A stretch of 64,000 nt of DNA from NCBI GenBank assembly GCA_031411095.1, contig JANOAK010000012.1, forward strand, positions 13,288-77,287, written 5' to 3'. Under the pieces are notes generated by a model. That model saw only the letters and a program-made list of their open reading frames with translations. It was not told the DNA's origin and did no database searches. Of this stretch, positions 8,404 through 19,000 are shown one piece after another. The position numbers and the translations under genes are program-made. Within the stretch, counting starts at the first letter, position 1, and every line of letters starts with the position of its first letter. The DNA comes from Flavobacteriales bacterium (lineage in GTDB: Bacteria; Bacteroidota; Bacteroidia; Flavobacteriales_F; PHOS-HE28).

Positions 8404-11190
8404 ATGGACAAATACTCCTATTTGAGCAACGTCGACAGCGCCTGGCTGGACGACCTGTACCAGCAATACCTCAAGGATCCCGCCAGTGTCGAGACCGGTT
8501 GGGCGCGTTTTTTTGAGGGATTCGAGTTCGCCAAGGCCCTGCATGAGGAGCCCCAGGCGGGCGGAGCCTCAGCCGTGGTGGAGAAGGCGGCCAATGCCGC
8601 CGGAGGCAACGAGCGGTTCCAAAAGGAGTTCCGGGTGCTCGAACTGATCAATGCCTATCGCACGCGCGGCCACCTGTTCACCGACACCAATCCGGTGCGC
8701 GAACGGCGGAAGTACACGCCCAACCTGGCGCTGGAGACCTTCCAGCTAAGCGAGGCGGATCTGGACACCGTGTTCACGGCCGGTAACGAAGTGGGCATCG
8801 GCCCCAGCAAACTGCGCGACATCGTGGCGCTGCTGGACCAGACCTATTGCGCGAGCATCGGGGTGGAGTTCAAATACATCCGCAACCCGGATAAGATCAA
8901 GTGGCTCGTGGAGCGCATGGAGGGCACGCGCAACACGCCGTCCTTCACGCTGGACCAGAAGAAGGAGATCCTGGAGAAGTTGAACGAGGCGGTGGTCTTC
9001 GAGAAGTTCCTCGGAAAGAAGTTCATCGGCGCGAAGCGTTTCAGCATTGAAGGGGCCGAGGCCTTGATCCCCGCGCTGGACACGGTGATCGAGCATGGTG
9101 CGGAGCTGGGCATCACGGAATACGTGATCGGCATGGCCCATCGCGGGCGCCTCAACGTGCTGGCCAACACCATGCGCAAATCATACGATGCCATCTTCAG
9201 CGAGTTCGATGGCAAGGACTATGAGGATGCCTTGGTGGAAGGGGATGTGAAGTACCACATGGGCTACAGCAGTGTGGTGCGTACCAATACTGGTAAAGAG
9301 GTACGGCTCACGCTGGCCCCGAACCCGAGCCATCTGGAGGCGGTGGGACCGGTGATGCAGGGCATCTCCCGTGCCATCATCGAACACGACGATCATTTCG
9401 CGAAAGGGGTCACGGCGCCGATCATCATCCATGGCGATGCCGCCGTTGCCGGTCAGGGAGTGGTGTACGAAGTGGTGCAGATGGCCGGGTTGAAGGCCTA
9501 TGAAGTGGGCGGCACGATCCACATCGTGGTGAACAACCAGGTGGGCTTCACCACCAACTACATCGACGCGCGCACCAGCACCTACTGCACCGATGTGGCG
9601 AAGACCACGCTGTGCCCCGTGTTCCACGTCAACGGTGATGACGCGGAAGCGGTGGCCTACACCGTGAAGCTGGCCATGGATTACCGCCAGCGCTTCGGCA
9701 CCGATATCTGGGTGGATATCCTGTGCTACCGCAAACATGGCCACAATGAAGGCGATGAGCCCAAGTTCACGCAACCATTGCTGTACAAGGCCATTGCCGC
9801 ACACGCCGATCCGCGCGAGATCTACACGCAGAAACTGATCGACAGCGGCGTCGCGGGTGCACGTGAAATGGCGGAGGAGATGGAGCGGTCCTTCAGCGAG
9901 ATGCTGGATGCACGGCTCACCGAGGCCAAACAGGTGCGGGTGGGCAGCATCAGCAACTTCATGGCCGAGCGGTGGAAGGGCTTCAAGCGCGCGCAGGAAA
10001 GCGACTTCGCGAACTCGCCTGTGACGGGGGTGAAGAAGGAGACGTTGCGGATGATCGGCGAGAAGCTCACGGTGATCCCCGAGGGCAAGAAGTTCTTCAG
10101 CAAGCTGGAGAAGATCCTCAACGATCGCAGGAAGATGATGGCCGATGGGACCTTGGACTGGGGCATGGCCGAGCTGCTCGCATACGGGTCACTGCTCGTG
10201 GAAGGTCACCCGGTGCGCTTCACCGGCCAGGATGTGGAACGTGGCACCTTCAGCCACCGCCATGCCGTGGTGCGCATGGAGGACAGCGAGGAGGAGTTCA
10301 TCCATCTCAAGCACATACAGGAAGGACAGGCACTGCTGCAGATCTACAATTCGTTGCTCAGCGAATATGCCGTACTTGGATTCGAGTATGGATATGCATT
10401 GACGAACCCCGATGTGCTCACCATCTGGGAGGCGCAGTTCGGCGATTTCGTGAATGGGGCACAGATCATCCTCGATCAGTACCTGTGCTGCGCGGAGGAG
10501 AAGTGGAACACACAGAACGGCATCGTGCTGCTGCTTCCGCATGGCTACGAAGGCCAGGGGGCGGAGCACAGCAGCGCGCGCATGGAACGCTTCCTCAGCA
10601 GTTGCGCGGATGGTAACATGGTGGTGGTGAACTGCACGACCCCTGCGAACTTCTTCCACGCACTTCGCCGCCAGCTTGCCTGGAACTTCCGCAAACCGTT
10701 GGTGGTCTTCACGCCCAAGAGCCTGTTGCGGCACCCGCGCTGTGTGAGCAAACTGGATGACCTTGCCCAAGGTGGCTTCCGGGAGCTGATCGAGGATGCT
10801 GAGGTGGATCCGGAACAGGTACGCACAGTGGTGTTCACCCAGGGGAAGATCCATTATGACCTGGCCGAGCACCGCGAGAAGAACGGCATCACGGACACGG
10901 CACTGGTGCGGATCGAACAACTGCATCCGCTGCCCGTGGAACAGATGCGCGCCGTGATCCGCAGCTACACCAAGGCCGAGCGCTACCTATGGGTGCAGGA
11001 GGAGCCGCTGAACATGGGCGCATGGGGGTACATGGCCTTGAACTTCACCGATGTGAAATGGGAGGTGGTCGCCCGCGCTGCAAGCGGGGCTCCGGCCACC
11101 GGTAGCAGCAAGCGCAGCGCCAACCAGCAGATCGCGATCATCGAAAAGGCGTTCTCCAGGTCCGTGACAACGGCGAAGGTCAAGGCCTGA
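8404..11190 (+). CDS. sucA: 2-oxoglutarate dehydrogenase E1
   Basis: GAKRFSIEG, GMAHRGRLNVL, GDVKYHMG, NPSHLE, TPP motif HGDAAVAGQGVV..NNQ, WEAQFGDF, HGYEGQGAEHSSAR. Confidence 0.98.
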   Translation: MDKYSYLSNVDSAWLDDLYQQYLKDPASVETGWARFFEGFEFAKALHEEPQAGGASAVVEKAANAAGGNERFQKEFRVLELINAYRTRGHLFTDTNPVRERRKYTPNLALETFQLSEADLDTVFTAGNEVGIGPSKLRDIVALLDQTYCASIGVEFKYIRNPDKIKWLVERMEGTRNTPSFTLDQKKEILEKLNEAVVFEKFLGKKFIGAKRFSIEGAEALIPALDTVIEHGAELGITEYVIGMAHRGRLNVLANTMRKSYDAIFSEFDGKDYEDALVEGDVKYHMGYSSVVRTNTGKEVRLTLAPNPSHLEAVGPVMQGISRAIIEHDDHFAKGVTAPIIIHGDAAVAGQGVVYEVVQMAGLKAYEVGGTIHIVVNNQVGFTTNYIDARTSTYCTDVAKTTLCPVFHVNGDDAEAVAYTVKLAMDYRQRFGTDIWVDILCYRKHGHNEGDEPKFTQPLLYKAIAAHADPREIYTQKLIDSGVAGAREMAEEMERSFSEMLDARLTEAKQVRVGSISNFMAERWKGFKRAQESDFANSPVTGVKKETLRMIGEKLTVIPEGKKFFSKLEKILNDRRKMMADGTLDWGMAELLAYGSLLVEGHPVRFTGQDVERGTFSHRHAVVRMEDSEEEFIHLKHIQEGQALLQIYNSLLSEYAVLGFEYGYALTNPDVLTIWEAQFGDFVNGAQIILDQYLCCAEEKWNTQNGIVLLLPHGYEGQGAEHSSARMERFLSSCADGNMVVVNCTTPANFFHALRRQLAWNFRKPLVVFTPKSLLRHPRCVSKLDDLAQGGFRELIEDAEVDPEQVRTVVFTQGKIHYDLAEHREKNGITDTALVRIEQLHPLPVEQMRAVIRSYTKAERYLWVQEEPLNMGAWGYMALNFTDVKWEVVARAASGAPATGSSKRSANQQIAIIEKAFSRSVTTAKVKA

Positions 11191-11237
11191 TCCATTCATC
11201 CGTTAACCTTCCGCACTTACACTTCACACTTCAGTAG

Positions 11238-12482
11238 ATGGCAACAGTCGACATCAAGGTCCCCAGTCCAGGAGAGAGCATCAGTGAGGTGCGCATTGCG
11301 CAATGGCTGGTGAAGGATGGTGATGTGGTCGCCAAGGACCAGGTGATCGCCGAGATCGACAGCGACAAGGCCACGCTTGAACTGAGCGCTGAGGCAGGCG
11401 GGCAGATCAAGATCCTGGCCGCTGCGGACCAGACGGTGAACGTGGGTGATGTGGTCGCGAAGCTCGACACGAGCGTTGCCGCGCCGGTGAGCGTTGCCAA
11501 AAAGGAACCCGTGACCGCTCCTGCTACTGCCTCTGCTCCTGCTCCTGCCCCTGCTCCTGCTCCCGCTACTCCCCCCGCGGCAGTAGCGCACGCCACACCC
11601 GTGGCGAAGGCCATGCTCGATGAGAAGGGCCTGAGCGCGGACAAGGTGAAAGGCAGCGGTCCCAATGGGCGCATAACCAAGAGCGATGTGTCTGCCTATA
11701 TCGCCGGTGGAGTACCCGCGGATGCGGTCACCATGAACGGATGGGGAGGTAAGCGCGAGCAGAGCCGGGTGAAGATGACCACCCTGCGCAAGAAGGTGGC
11801 CGAACGACTGGTCGCGGTGAAGAACCAGACCGCCATGCTCACCACCTTCAACGAGGTGGACATGAGCGCGGTGATGGCGTTGCGCGACAGATACAAGGAC
11901 AAGTTCAAGGAGCAGAAGGGCGTGAACCTGGGCTTCATGAGCTTCTTCACCAAGGCCTGTACCGAGGCGTTGCGCCGCTTCCCCAGTGTGAACGCGCAGA
12001 TCGACGGGGAGGAGATGGTGATGTTCGATTACGCGGATGTGGGTATCGCCGTGAGCAGTCCCAAGGGCCTCATGGTACCTGTGGTGCGCAACGCCGAGCG
12101 CATGTCGCTGGCGGAGATCGAAGCGAAGATCAAGGAGCTTGCCGTGAAAGCGCGCGACGGAAAACTTTCGCTGGAGGAAATGACCGGTGGAACCTTCACC
12201 ATCACCAACGGCGGTGTGTTCGGCAGCATGCTCAGCACGCCGATCCTCAACCCTCCGCAGAGCGCCATCCTCGGGATGCACAACATCGTGGAGCGTCCGG
12301 TCGCGGTGAACGGACAGGTCGTCATCCGCCCTGTGATGTACGTGGCCCTGAGCTATGATCACCGCATCATCGACGGCAAGGAGAGCGTGAGCTTCCTGAT
12401 GGCCGTGAAGCAGATGATCGAGGACCCCAGCAAGATGGTATTCGGCGGCAAGGAGCCGGGCGAGGTGTTGCTCGGGCTCTGA
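11238..12482 (+). CDS. sucB: Dihydrolipoyllysine-residue succinyltransferase (E2o)
   Basis: Lipoyl domain DSDKAT, PA-rich linker, E3-binding [13 protein letters not shown], catalytic SYDHRIIDG. Confidence 0.97.
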   Translation: MATVDIKVPSPGESISEVRIAQWLVKDGDVVAKDQVIAEIDSDKATLELSAEAGGQIKILAAADQTVNVGDVVAKLDTSVAAPVSVAKKEPVTAPATASAPAPAPAPAPATPPAAVAHATPVAKAMLDEKGLSADKVKGSGPNGRITKSDVSAYIAGGVPADAVTMNGWGGKREQSRVKMTTLRKKVAERLVAVKNQTAMLTTFNEVDMSAVMALRDRYKDKFKEQKGVNLGFMSFFTKACTEALRRFPSVNAQIDGEEMVMFDYADVGIAVSSPKGLMVPVVRNAERMSLAEIEAKIKELAVKARDGKLSLEEMTGGTFTITNGGVFGSMLSTPILNPPQSAILGMHNIVERPVAVNGQVVIRPVMYVALSYDHRIIDGKESVSFLMAVKQMIEDPSKMVFGGKEPGEVLLGL

Positions 12483-12550
12483 CAGCAAAGGAACTTCAGG
12501 GGCGAACGGCGCCGGTCGGTGGGACCAACGGCGTGGTGATCCGACGCATC

Positions 12551-12596
12551 ACATCCGCCGACCATACCAAGTTGTTGGTATGGTCGGCGTGGATGT
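12551..12596. terminator. Strong hairpin between convergent genes (probable bidirectional terminator)
   Basis: Perfect 14-bp stem cgccgaccatacca/tggtatggtcggcg with a 6-nt loop and an acatc/gatgt extension. No clear U-tract. Confidence 0.55.
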
Positions 12597-12606
12597 ATGT
12601 CCAGCC

Positions 12607-13038
12607 TCAGGCCGCCGCAGTGCTCTTTCCCCTGCCCAGCATCAGCCCGATGACGGCCCCTATCACTGCCGCCCACAACGTGTTCGCCAACACGTCCACC
12701 ACCACCATCGTGCTATCGGAGAACATGTTCATCATGGCGAGGAAGCCCAGATCGAGGCTCAGATACACGAGGAAACCGATGATCGCTCCCGCCATCAGGC
12801 CGCCCATCAGGTCGTTCACACCCATTCGGTCGGCCACATAGGCCAGCATCATGCTGAACGCAAGGTTGCTCAGGAAGATCAGGCCCAGGTTCATCTCACC
12901 TTCACCTTTCATGAGGCCCTCGTAGTGGATCATGTGTGCTTCGTAATAGCCCATGAGGAACATTCCGAACAGGACCCATCCCAGCAGGAAAGCAGCGATA
13001 GCACCGGCGAGGCCGGCCAGAAGCACTTTCGTATTCAT
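12607..13038 (-). CDS. Four-TM membrane protein (DUF1761-like)
   Basis: MNTKVLLAGLAGAIAAFLLGWVLFG followed by further hydrophobic helices. Start moved to ATG 13038. Confidence 0.75.
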   Translation of the reverse strand: MNTKVLLAGLAGAIAAFLLGWVLFGMFLMGYYEAHMIHYEGLMKGEGEMNLGLIFLSNLAFSMMLAYVADRMGVNDLMGGLMAGAIIGFLVYLSLDLGFLAMMNMFSDSTMVVVDVLANTLWAAVIGAVIGLMLGRGKSTAAA

Positions 13039-13265
13039 GTGGTTGCGTGTTTGGTGTACTGCCAAACTAGTACAACAACACAGTACGGATGGCTGATCGT
13101 GAGCATTGATCCAACCCACGGATGTTCATGGACGGACCGGTCGACAGGGACCTCCGCGACCGGTCCTGCGATCGCGGAGGGGTGGGCATAGCGCTTGGGC
13201 TTGCTTCCAGGCTACATTGCGGCCGCCTCCGCCTATCGCTCGGACCCAACCGTCATCATATCATC

Positions 13266-14192
13266 ATGGCCGACCAGAAAGACCTCGACGCGCATTACAC
13301 CACGATGGACAAGATCTTCCGGCTGAGCCTGGGGGAAAAGGGCGGATACAGCGGTGCGCGCTTTGATGGCGACTTCTCCCTGACGCTGGAAGAGGCACAG
13401 GAGAGGAAGCACAAGTTCATCATGGACAACTGCAACATCAAGCCGGGGAGTAAAGTGCTCGATATCGGTTGTGGCTGGGGGGCCTTCATCGATTATTTGA
13501 ACAGGCACGGGGTATCCACCACCGGCGTGGTGCTGGCCAAGGGCCAAGCGGACGCCTGCCGCAAGAACGGATTGAACGTGCACCACATGGACTCCAAGGC
13601 CATCAAGCCGGAGACCTTTGGGAAGTTCGATGCCGTGTGCGCCATGGGCAGCCCTGAACACCTGTGCTCGGTGGAACAATACCGCGAGGGAAAACAGGAC
13701 GAGATCTACAGGACCTACTTCAAGCAAGTGAGCGACCTGCTACCGGTGGGCGGACGTTTCTATTGCCAGACCATGGTGTTCGGTCCCAACATGGTGAAGT
13801 TCGAGGACATCAAATTCGGGCAGACCAATGTGTGGAAGAAGCGTACCGACTACACGGGTGAGGAGCTGATGGACCTGGTGTGCGATGTGTTCCCGGGTTC
13901 ATGGCTGCCATACGGAAGCGAGGGCATGATCGAGCCCGCCAAGGAGCACTTCAAGCTGGTATCGATCGATAGTGGACGGTTGGACTACATCGAGACGATC
14001 GACCGCTGGACGAAAGCCTTCAACAAGTTCAATCTCCAGAAGTACCTGTTGTACGTCTCATTGTTGCCCAAGCTGCTGAGCAGCGACTTCCGCAAATGGG
14101 TGCGGCGTTACCAGATCGCTCCGAACCTCCAGGTCTTCGAGCGCCAGATCTTCGAGCATTACCGCATGGTGTTCGAGAAGGTGAAGGATTGA
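13266..14192 (+). CDS. Class I SAM-dependent methyltransferase, cyclopropane fatty acid synthase family
   Basis: AHY, YSGARF, LEEAQERK, VLDIGCGWG, MGSPEH, FPGSWLP, YIETIDRW. Start moved to ATG 13266. Confidence 0.85.
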   Translation: MADQKDLDAHYTTMDKIFRLSLGEKGGYSGARFDGDFSLTLEEAQERKHKFIMDNCNIKPGSKVLDIGCGWGAFIDYLNRHGVSTTGVVLAKGQADACRKNGLNVHHMDSKAIKPETFGKFDAVCAMGSPEHLCSVEQYREGKQDEIYRTYFKQVSDLLPVGGRFYCQTMVFGPNMVKFEDIKFGQTNVWKKRTDYTGEELMDLVCDVFPGSWLPYGSEGMIEPAKEHFKLVSIDSGRLDYIETIDRWTKAFNKFNLQKYLLYVSLLPKLLSSDFRKWVRRYQIAPNLQVFERQIFEHYRMVFEKVKD

Positions 14193-14206
14193 ACAATACC
14201 TTTCGA

Positions 14207-15328
14207 TCAAGGGAGCTCATGGGCTAGTTGCCGGAACACCTCCGGCCAATCCACCCCCCCGTAATTCGTGCCTAGCCGTACAATGACCAGGGCGCGTACG
14301 GGATCGACATAGATGTACTGCCCCAATATCCCTTGGGCCATGAAGGCGTTGTCCTCCCCCGGTAGCCACCATTGATATTGATAATAGGGACTGCTGCCCG
14401 GTGTGTTGGACGCATGTGTACTGCGCATCACCCAATCGCGGGGCACGAGCTGCTTGCCCCTCCACTCTCCGTTGTGCAGATACAAGGACCCCAGTTTAGC
14501 GAAGTCCAGCGCAGGTGCGTTCACGCAACAAAAGGTCTTTTCCAGGCCACCCTTCTTCCTGTCGATGCTCCATGAACCAGGGAATTCCATGCCCAACGGC
14601 GACCAGAGTTTGTCATGGAGATACGCGGTGATGGTCCTGGTGCTATCTCCTTGGGATCGGATGGCGCGTTCCAGGATCAGTCCCAGCAACTGGGTTCCTC
14701 CGCTGACATATTCGAACTGTTCCCCGGGTGTGCGCTTCAGCTTAAGGTGGGTGATCTGCTTGTAGAGCCTCCGCCCGTAATAGAATTTGGCGGTCGGCCC
14801 GAACGGGTTCACATAGCTCTCCTTGTGATCCATGCCACTCGTCATCTGCAGCACATGTTCCACGGTTACCCGGTCCCATCCATTCTTCCGCATTTCCGGC
14901 ACGAAGTCCGTAACGGGTTGCTGAACATCGCGGATGTAGCCATCGGCAATGGCACAGCCAATGAGGATACTGGTAATGGATTTCGCCATGGAGAAGGACG
15001 GATGTACAACACGCTGGTCGTAGCCTTTGAAGTACTGTTCATACTTCACCGAGTCGTGCTGGATGATGAGGAAGGCGACCGTTCGATGCGCTTCAAGGAA
15101 TTGATCGAAGGGAAGTGAACGGCCCTCTTCGGTCATGGGACGCGGGGCTGCCGGTCGCCGACTGACGGGATAATGGAACGGCGCAGGGGAGGCGGGTAAG
15201 GGACGTGAAGGGAATTTGCGGTCGTCGCGGGTATCGGCGAAGTTGTAGATGAAGAAACGCCCCACGGTGCAGCCGCTGAGCAGGAATGCCAACAGCGGAA
15301 GCAGACCGAGCGCTCGTACAGGCGACAT
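14207..15328 (-). CDS. Serine hydrolase, beta-lactamase class C-like lipoprotein
   Basis: Lipobox LLSGC, SxxK motif SFSMAKS, LQMTSG, FEYVSG, FMAQGILGQYIYVDP. Confidence 0.88.
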   Translation of the reverse strand: MSPVRALGLLPLLAFLLSGCTVGRFFIYNFADTRDDRKFPSRPLPASPAPFHYPVSRRPAAPRPMTEEGRSLPFDQFLEAHRTVAFLIIQHDSVKYEQYFKGYDQRVVHPSFSMAKSITSILIGCAIADGYIRDVQQPVTDFVPEMRKNGWDRVTVEHVLQMTSGMDHKESYVNPFGPTAKFYYGRRLYKQITHLKLKRTPGEQFEYVSGGTQLLGLILERAIRSQGDSTRTITAYLHDKLWSPLGMEFPGSWSIDRKKGGLEKTFCCVNAPALDFAKLGSLYLHNGEWRGKQLVPRDWVMRSTHASNTPGSSPYYQYQWWLPGEDNAFMAQGILGQYIYVDPVRALVIVRLGTNYGGVDWPEVFRQLAHELP

Positions 15329-15363
15329 GGCACACAAGATGCGAGATCCCGCGGTGCACAGGA

Positions 15364-15371
15364 TACCTTTG
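15364..15371 (+). promoter_or_regulatory. -7 promoter element TACCTTTG
   Basis: Exact consensus ending 6 nt before ATG 15378. Confidence 0.65.
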
Positions 15372-15377
15372 CCGTCC

Positions 15378-15749
15378 ATGTTCGGCAAGGGAAGCAAGCT
15401 GTACAGCATCGTCCACCTCAAATGCCCCTTCTGCCAGGAGGGTGATTTCTTCGTGGCTCATCCCTATGACCTCAAGCTGGTGGGGGAGTTGCATCCGACC
15501 TGCCCGGTATGCCATCGCACGTTTGAAAAGGAACCCGGTTTCTATTGGGGGGCCATGTTCGTGAGCTATGCGTTGAGCGTAGGTTTCAGCTTGATGGCCT
15601 TTGGCATCATCTGGTGGTTGCAGCCGGGCATGGGGCTCCTGGGTTATTTCATTGGGGTCGTCGGCGCCACGGTCCTTGTGGCGCCTTATCTGTACGCCTT
15701 GTCGAAGATCATTTGGGCGAACATGTTCTTCGCATATCAAGGAAAATGA
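15378..15749 (+). CDS. DUF983 family protein
   Basis: KCPFCQEGDFF, CPVC, EPGFYWGAMFVSYAL, two TM helices. Confidence 0.85.
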   Translation: MFGKGSKLYSIVHLKCPFCQEGDFFVAHPYDLKLVGELHPTCPVCHRTFEKEPGFYWGAMFVSYALSVGFSLMAFGIIWWLQPGMGLLGYFIGVVGATVLVAPYLYALSKIIWANMFFAYQGK

Positions 15750-15901
15750 TCTCCGCCCATCGGCCATTACGAGGCCATCAGCGAACATGATGGATCACAC
15801 GCTGTGCGTTATTGAATCCGGATAAGTTCCGGAGCATCAACCCAACAGCCCCGTGTTCACAAGTGAGAACATGCCCACGGATCTCCGGAAGGTCAGGGGT
15901 C

Positions 15902-15909
15902 TAGGTTTG
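15902..15909 (+). promoter_or_regulatory. -7 promoter element TAGGTTTG upstream of the giant adhesin
   Basis: Exact TAnnTTTG, 140 nt before the preferred ATG. Confidence 0.5.
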
Positions 15910-16048
15910 CCGTGCACCTCTCCGGGCGACGTGTGCGACATCCGTGACCAGACAAGCGGATGAGCATATCGGCACAAGCCGAATTGGGGGGATCCCAGCC
16001 GAGCTGGGCCCCAGTGTGACCGGGCAGGAGCGAACATACTGCAGGTAC

Positions 16049-19000
16049 ATGGCTTCAACCGTACGCGCCTTCCGCAACCTGGTCCTTCCGACCCGCTCCT
16101 TCGTCCGCAACCTGGCGATCGCCGCAATGGCCCTGTTGTTGGGCAGGCAGGACGCCCTGGCCACACACGCCATGGGCGGCGAACTCACCTACGCCTGTCT
16201 GGGTGGGAACCAGTACAAAGTGACCTTGAAGTTCTATCGCGACTGCAACGGTGTTGCCGCTCCGACGAACTGCAACAATGGTCTCTCGTTCAACGTGAGC
16301 TCACCGAACTGCGGAGCGAACTTCAACCAATGCTTCGTCCTGGAAAGTGTGCAGGTGATCACCCCGATCTGCCCTACGGAGATCGATCGCTGCTCCAGTA
16401 CCAATGGCGTTTACGGCGTGGAGGAATACACCTTTTCCAAGGTTGTGAACCTGAGCGCATATGCGGGATGCACGACGGGGAGTGATTGGGTGATCAGCTG
16501 GACGCTTTGCTGCAGGAACAACGCGATCACATCACTGCAGTCGCCGGGAACACAATCGCTGTATCTCAGCACACGGTTGAACACCACTGTAACGCCGTGC
16601 AACAACTCGCCCGTCTTCAACACGGACCCTACTCCCTATTACTGCCTTGGTCAATCGCTGAGCTATAACCCAGGCGCTTCCGACCCGGATGGTGATTCGC
16701 TCGCCTTCAGCATCATCCAGCCGCGCACCACCAACAACCAGCCCATTGCATTCGCGGCCGGTTATACGCTGTCACAGCCGATCCGCAACAATGGCGGTGC
16801 TGGCGCGGTCACGCTCGACCCGATCACCGGTACCCTCACTTGTACGCCGAGCATCCAGCAGGTGGCCGTCGTGACGTATCAGGTCTCCGAGTACCGGAAC
16901 GGTGTATTGATCGGCACCATCACCCGCGACGTCCAGTTCGTCGTGCGCCAATGCACCGGTAACACCTCGCCCACAGCAACGGGATTCAACGGGACCAATA
17001 ACTATGTCACCACAGTCTGTTCCGGAACACCCGTTACCCTCACCATCAATACGAGCGACCCGAACGCTGGCCAGAACACATCCATCGTATGGAACAACGG
17101 TATTCCCGGTGCCACCTTCACCACGAGCGGATCACCCTTCCAGACGGGCACATTCAGCTGGACGCCTACCGTGGCTGACATCGGCCAGAACCTTTTCGGT
17201 ATTTCGGTCTCTGACAATTCGTGTCCACTGGTCGGCAACAACCAGTACGGATACACGGTCATCGTCACGCCGCCGTTAACGCCCGCGAACGCGGGTCCGG
17301 ACCTTCAGGCTTGCGGACAAGTGGCATTGCAAGGCGTACAGCCTTACGTACAAACGCCGGGGCTGTGGTCCGTGGTGAGCGGCAGTGGCACTTTCGCGAA
17401 CGCGAGCAATCCCACCACACTAGTGACAGGTCTCGCACCGGGCAACAACGTTTTCGCCTGGAGCCTGGATTATTCGCCTTGCGGCACCACCACCGACCAA
17501 ATGACGGTGGTGAACTTCAATGCGGCCCAACCTGCGGCCGATGCGGGTCCGAACCAGCAACTCTGTACTCCCAGCACAACAGCGCAGTTGGCAGGTAACG
17601 TGGCCGTGGCCCCTGCCGTGGGAACATGGACATTGGTCAGCGGTACGGGGACGATCACCAATCCCAACTCACCCAACAGCACCGTAACGGGCCTGACCAT
17701 TGGTCAGAACATCTTCCGTTGGACCATTTCGAATGGGCCCTGCGGTTCGCCGACATCCGACCAGGTCACGCTCATGCTGTATGACTACGCTTTGCCTGCG
17801 GCCGGTGCCGGACCCGATCAGGTATTCTGCGCACCTGTGGCCAGCGTGACGATGAATGCACAACCATCCAGCGGTACGTGGACGGTGGTTACTGGTACGG
17901 GAGTATTTGCGAACCCGAACTTCCGGAACACCACCGTAACGGGAATGAGCATCGGGGTGAACACCTACTTGTGGACCGTTACCAACGGACCATGCACTCC
18001 ACCCTTCACGCAGGATGCCGTGAATGTTACCGTTTACGACCCCAACAGCCCCGCAGCGAACGCTGGTCCCGATCAGCAGCTCTGTACCAGCTCCACTTCT
18101 CTTGCAGGTAACGCGCCGATAGCCCCCGCCACAGGACAATGGGTCCTGGTAAGTGGTTCTGGCACGATCACCACGCCGACATCGCCCACCTCGGGTGTTA
18201 CCGGACTGGGATTCGGTCCGAACGTTTTCCGATGGACCTTGACCAACGGGCCCTGTGCGAATGGTCTTACAAGTGATCAGGTCACGATCACCCGCTTCAA
18301 CCCAGCTGCACCGGTGGCCAACGCGGGTCCGGACCAGAGCACCTGTAGCACTTCGCCGACCGTAACGATGTCGGCCAACACCCCGGTGGCACCGAGCACC
18401 GGAAGCTGGACGTTGGTCAGTGGTGCGGGAACGATCACCTCGCCGAACAGTCCCACCACCACCGTCACCGGACTTGGTATCGGTACGGTCGTCTTGCAAT
18501 GGTCCATCAACAATGGTCCCTGCGGTGCTCCGAGCGTGGATCAGGTGACCATCAGTGTATTTGATCAGAACGCTGTGACGGCCACCGCCGGTCCGGATCA
18601 ACAACTGTGCACCCCCGCCAATTCCACCTCGCTCGCTGGCAACACGCCGACGGCCCCAAGCACGGGAGCGTGGGGCTTGATCAGCGGTGCGGGCACCATC
18701 ACCACCCCGGGCTCACCTACGAGCGGCGTTACGGGTCTGGGCGTTGGTGTCAATGTGTTCCGTTGGACCATCAACAATGGTTCCTGTGCGAACCCGGTGA
18801 GCTTCGATGAGGTGTCCATTGTGGTGAACAACAACGGCCAGGCCGCAGCCAATGCGGGCGCTGACCAGAACTCCTGTTCCACCACGTCCAGCGCCACGCT
18901 TACGGCCAATGCAGCGGCCGCACCCGCCATCGGCACATGGAGCTTGGTGAGCGGATCAGGGACGATCGCCACACCCGGTAACGCCACCACAACGGTGAGC

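Noticed and set aside
7878-8411. N-terminal extension of the 467-aa ORF 7008-8411
   Set aside because: It overlaps the plus-strand gene 7956-8315 and the sucA start. The promoter and signal peptide place the start at 7877.
11516-11580. (gctcct/cctgct)n simple repeat
   Set aside because: It encodes the normal Pro/Ala linker of the E2 subunit.
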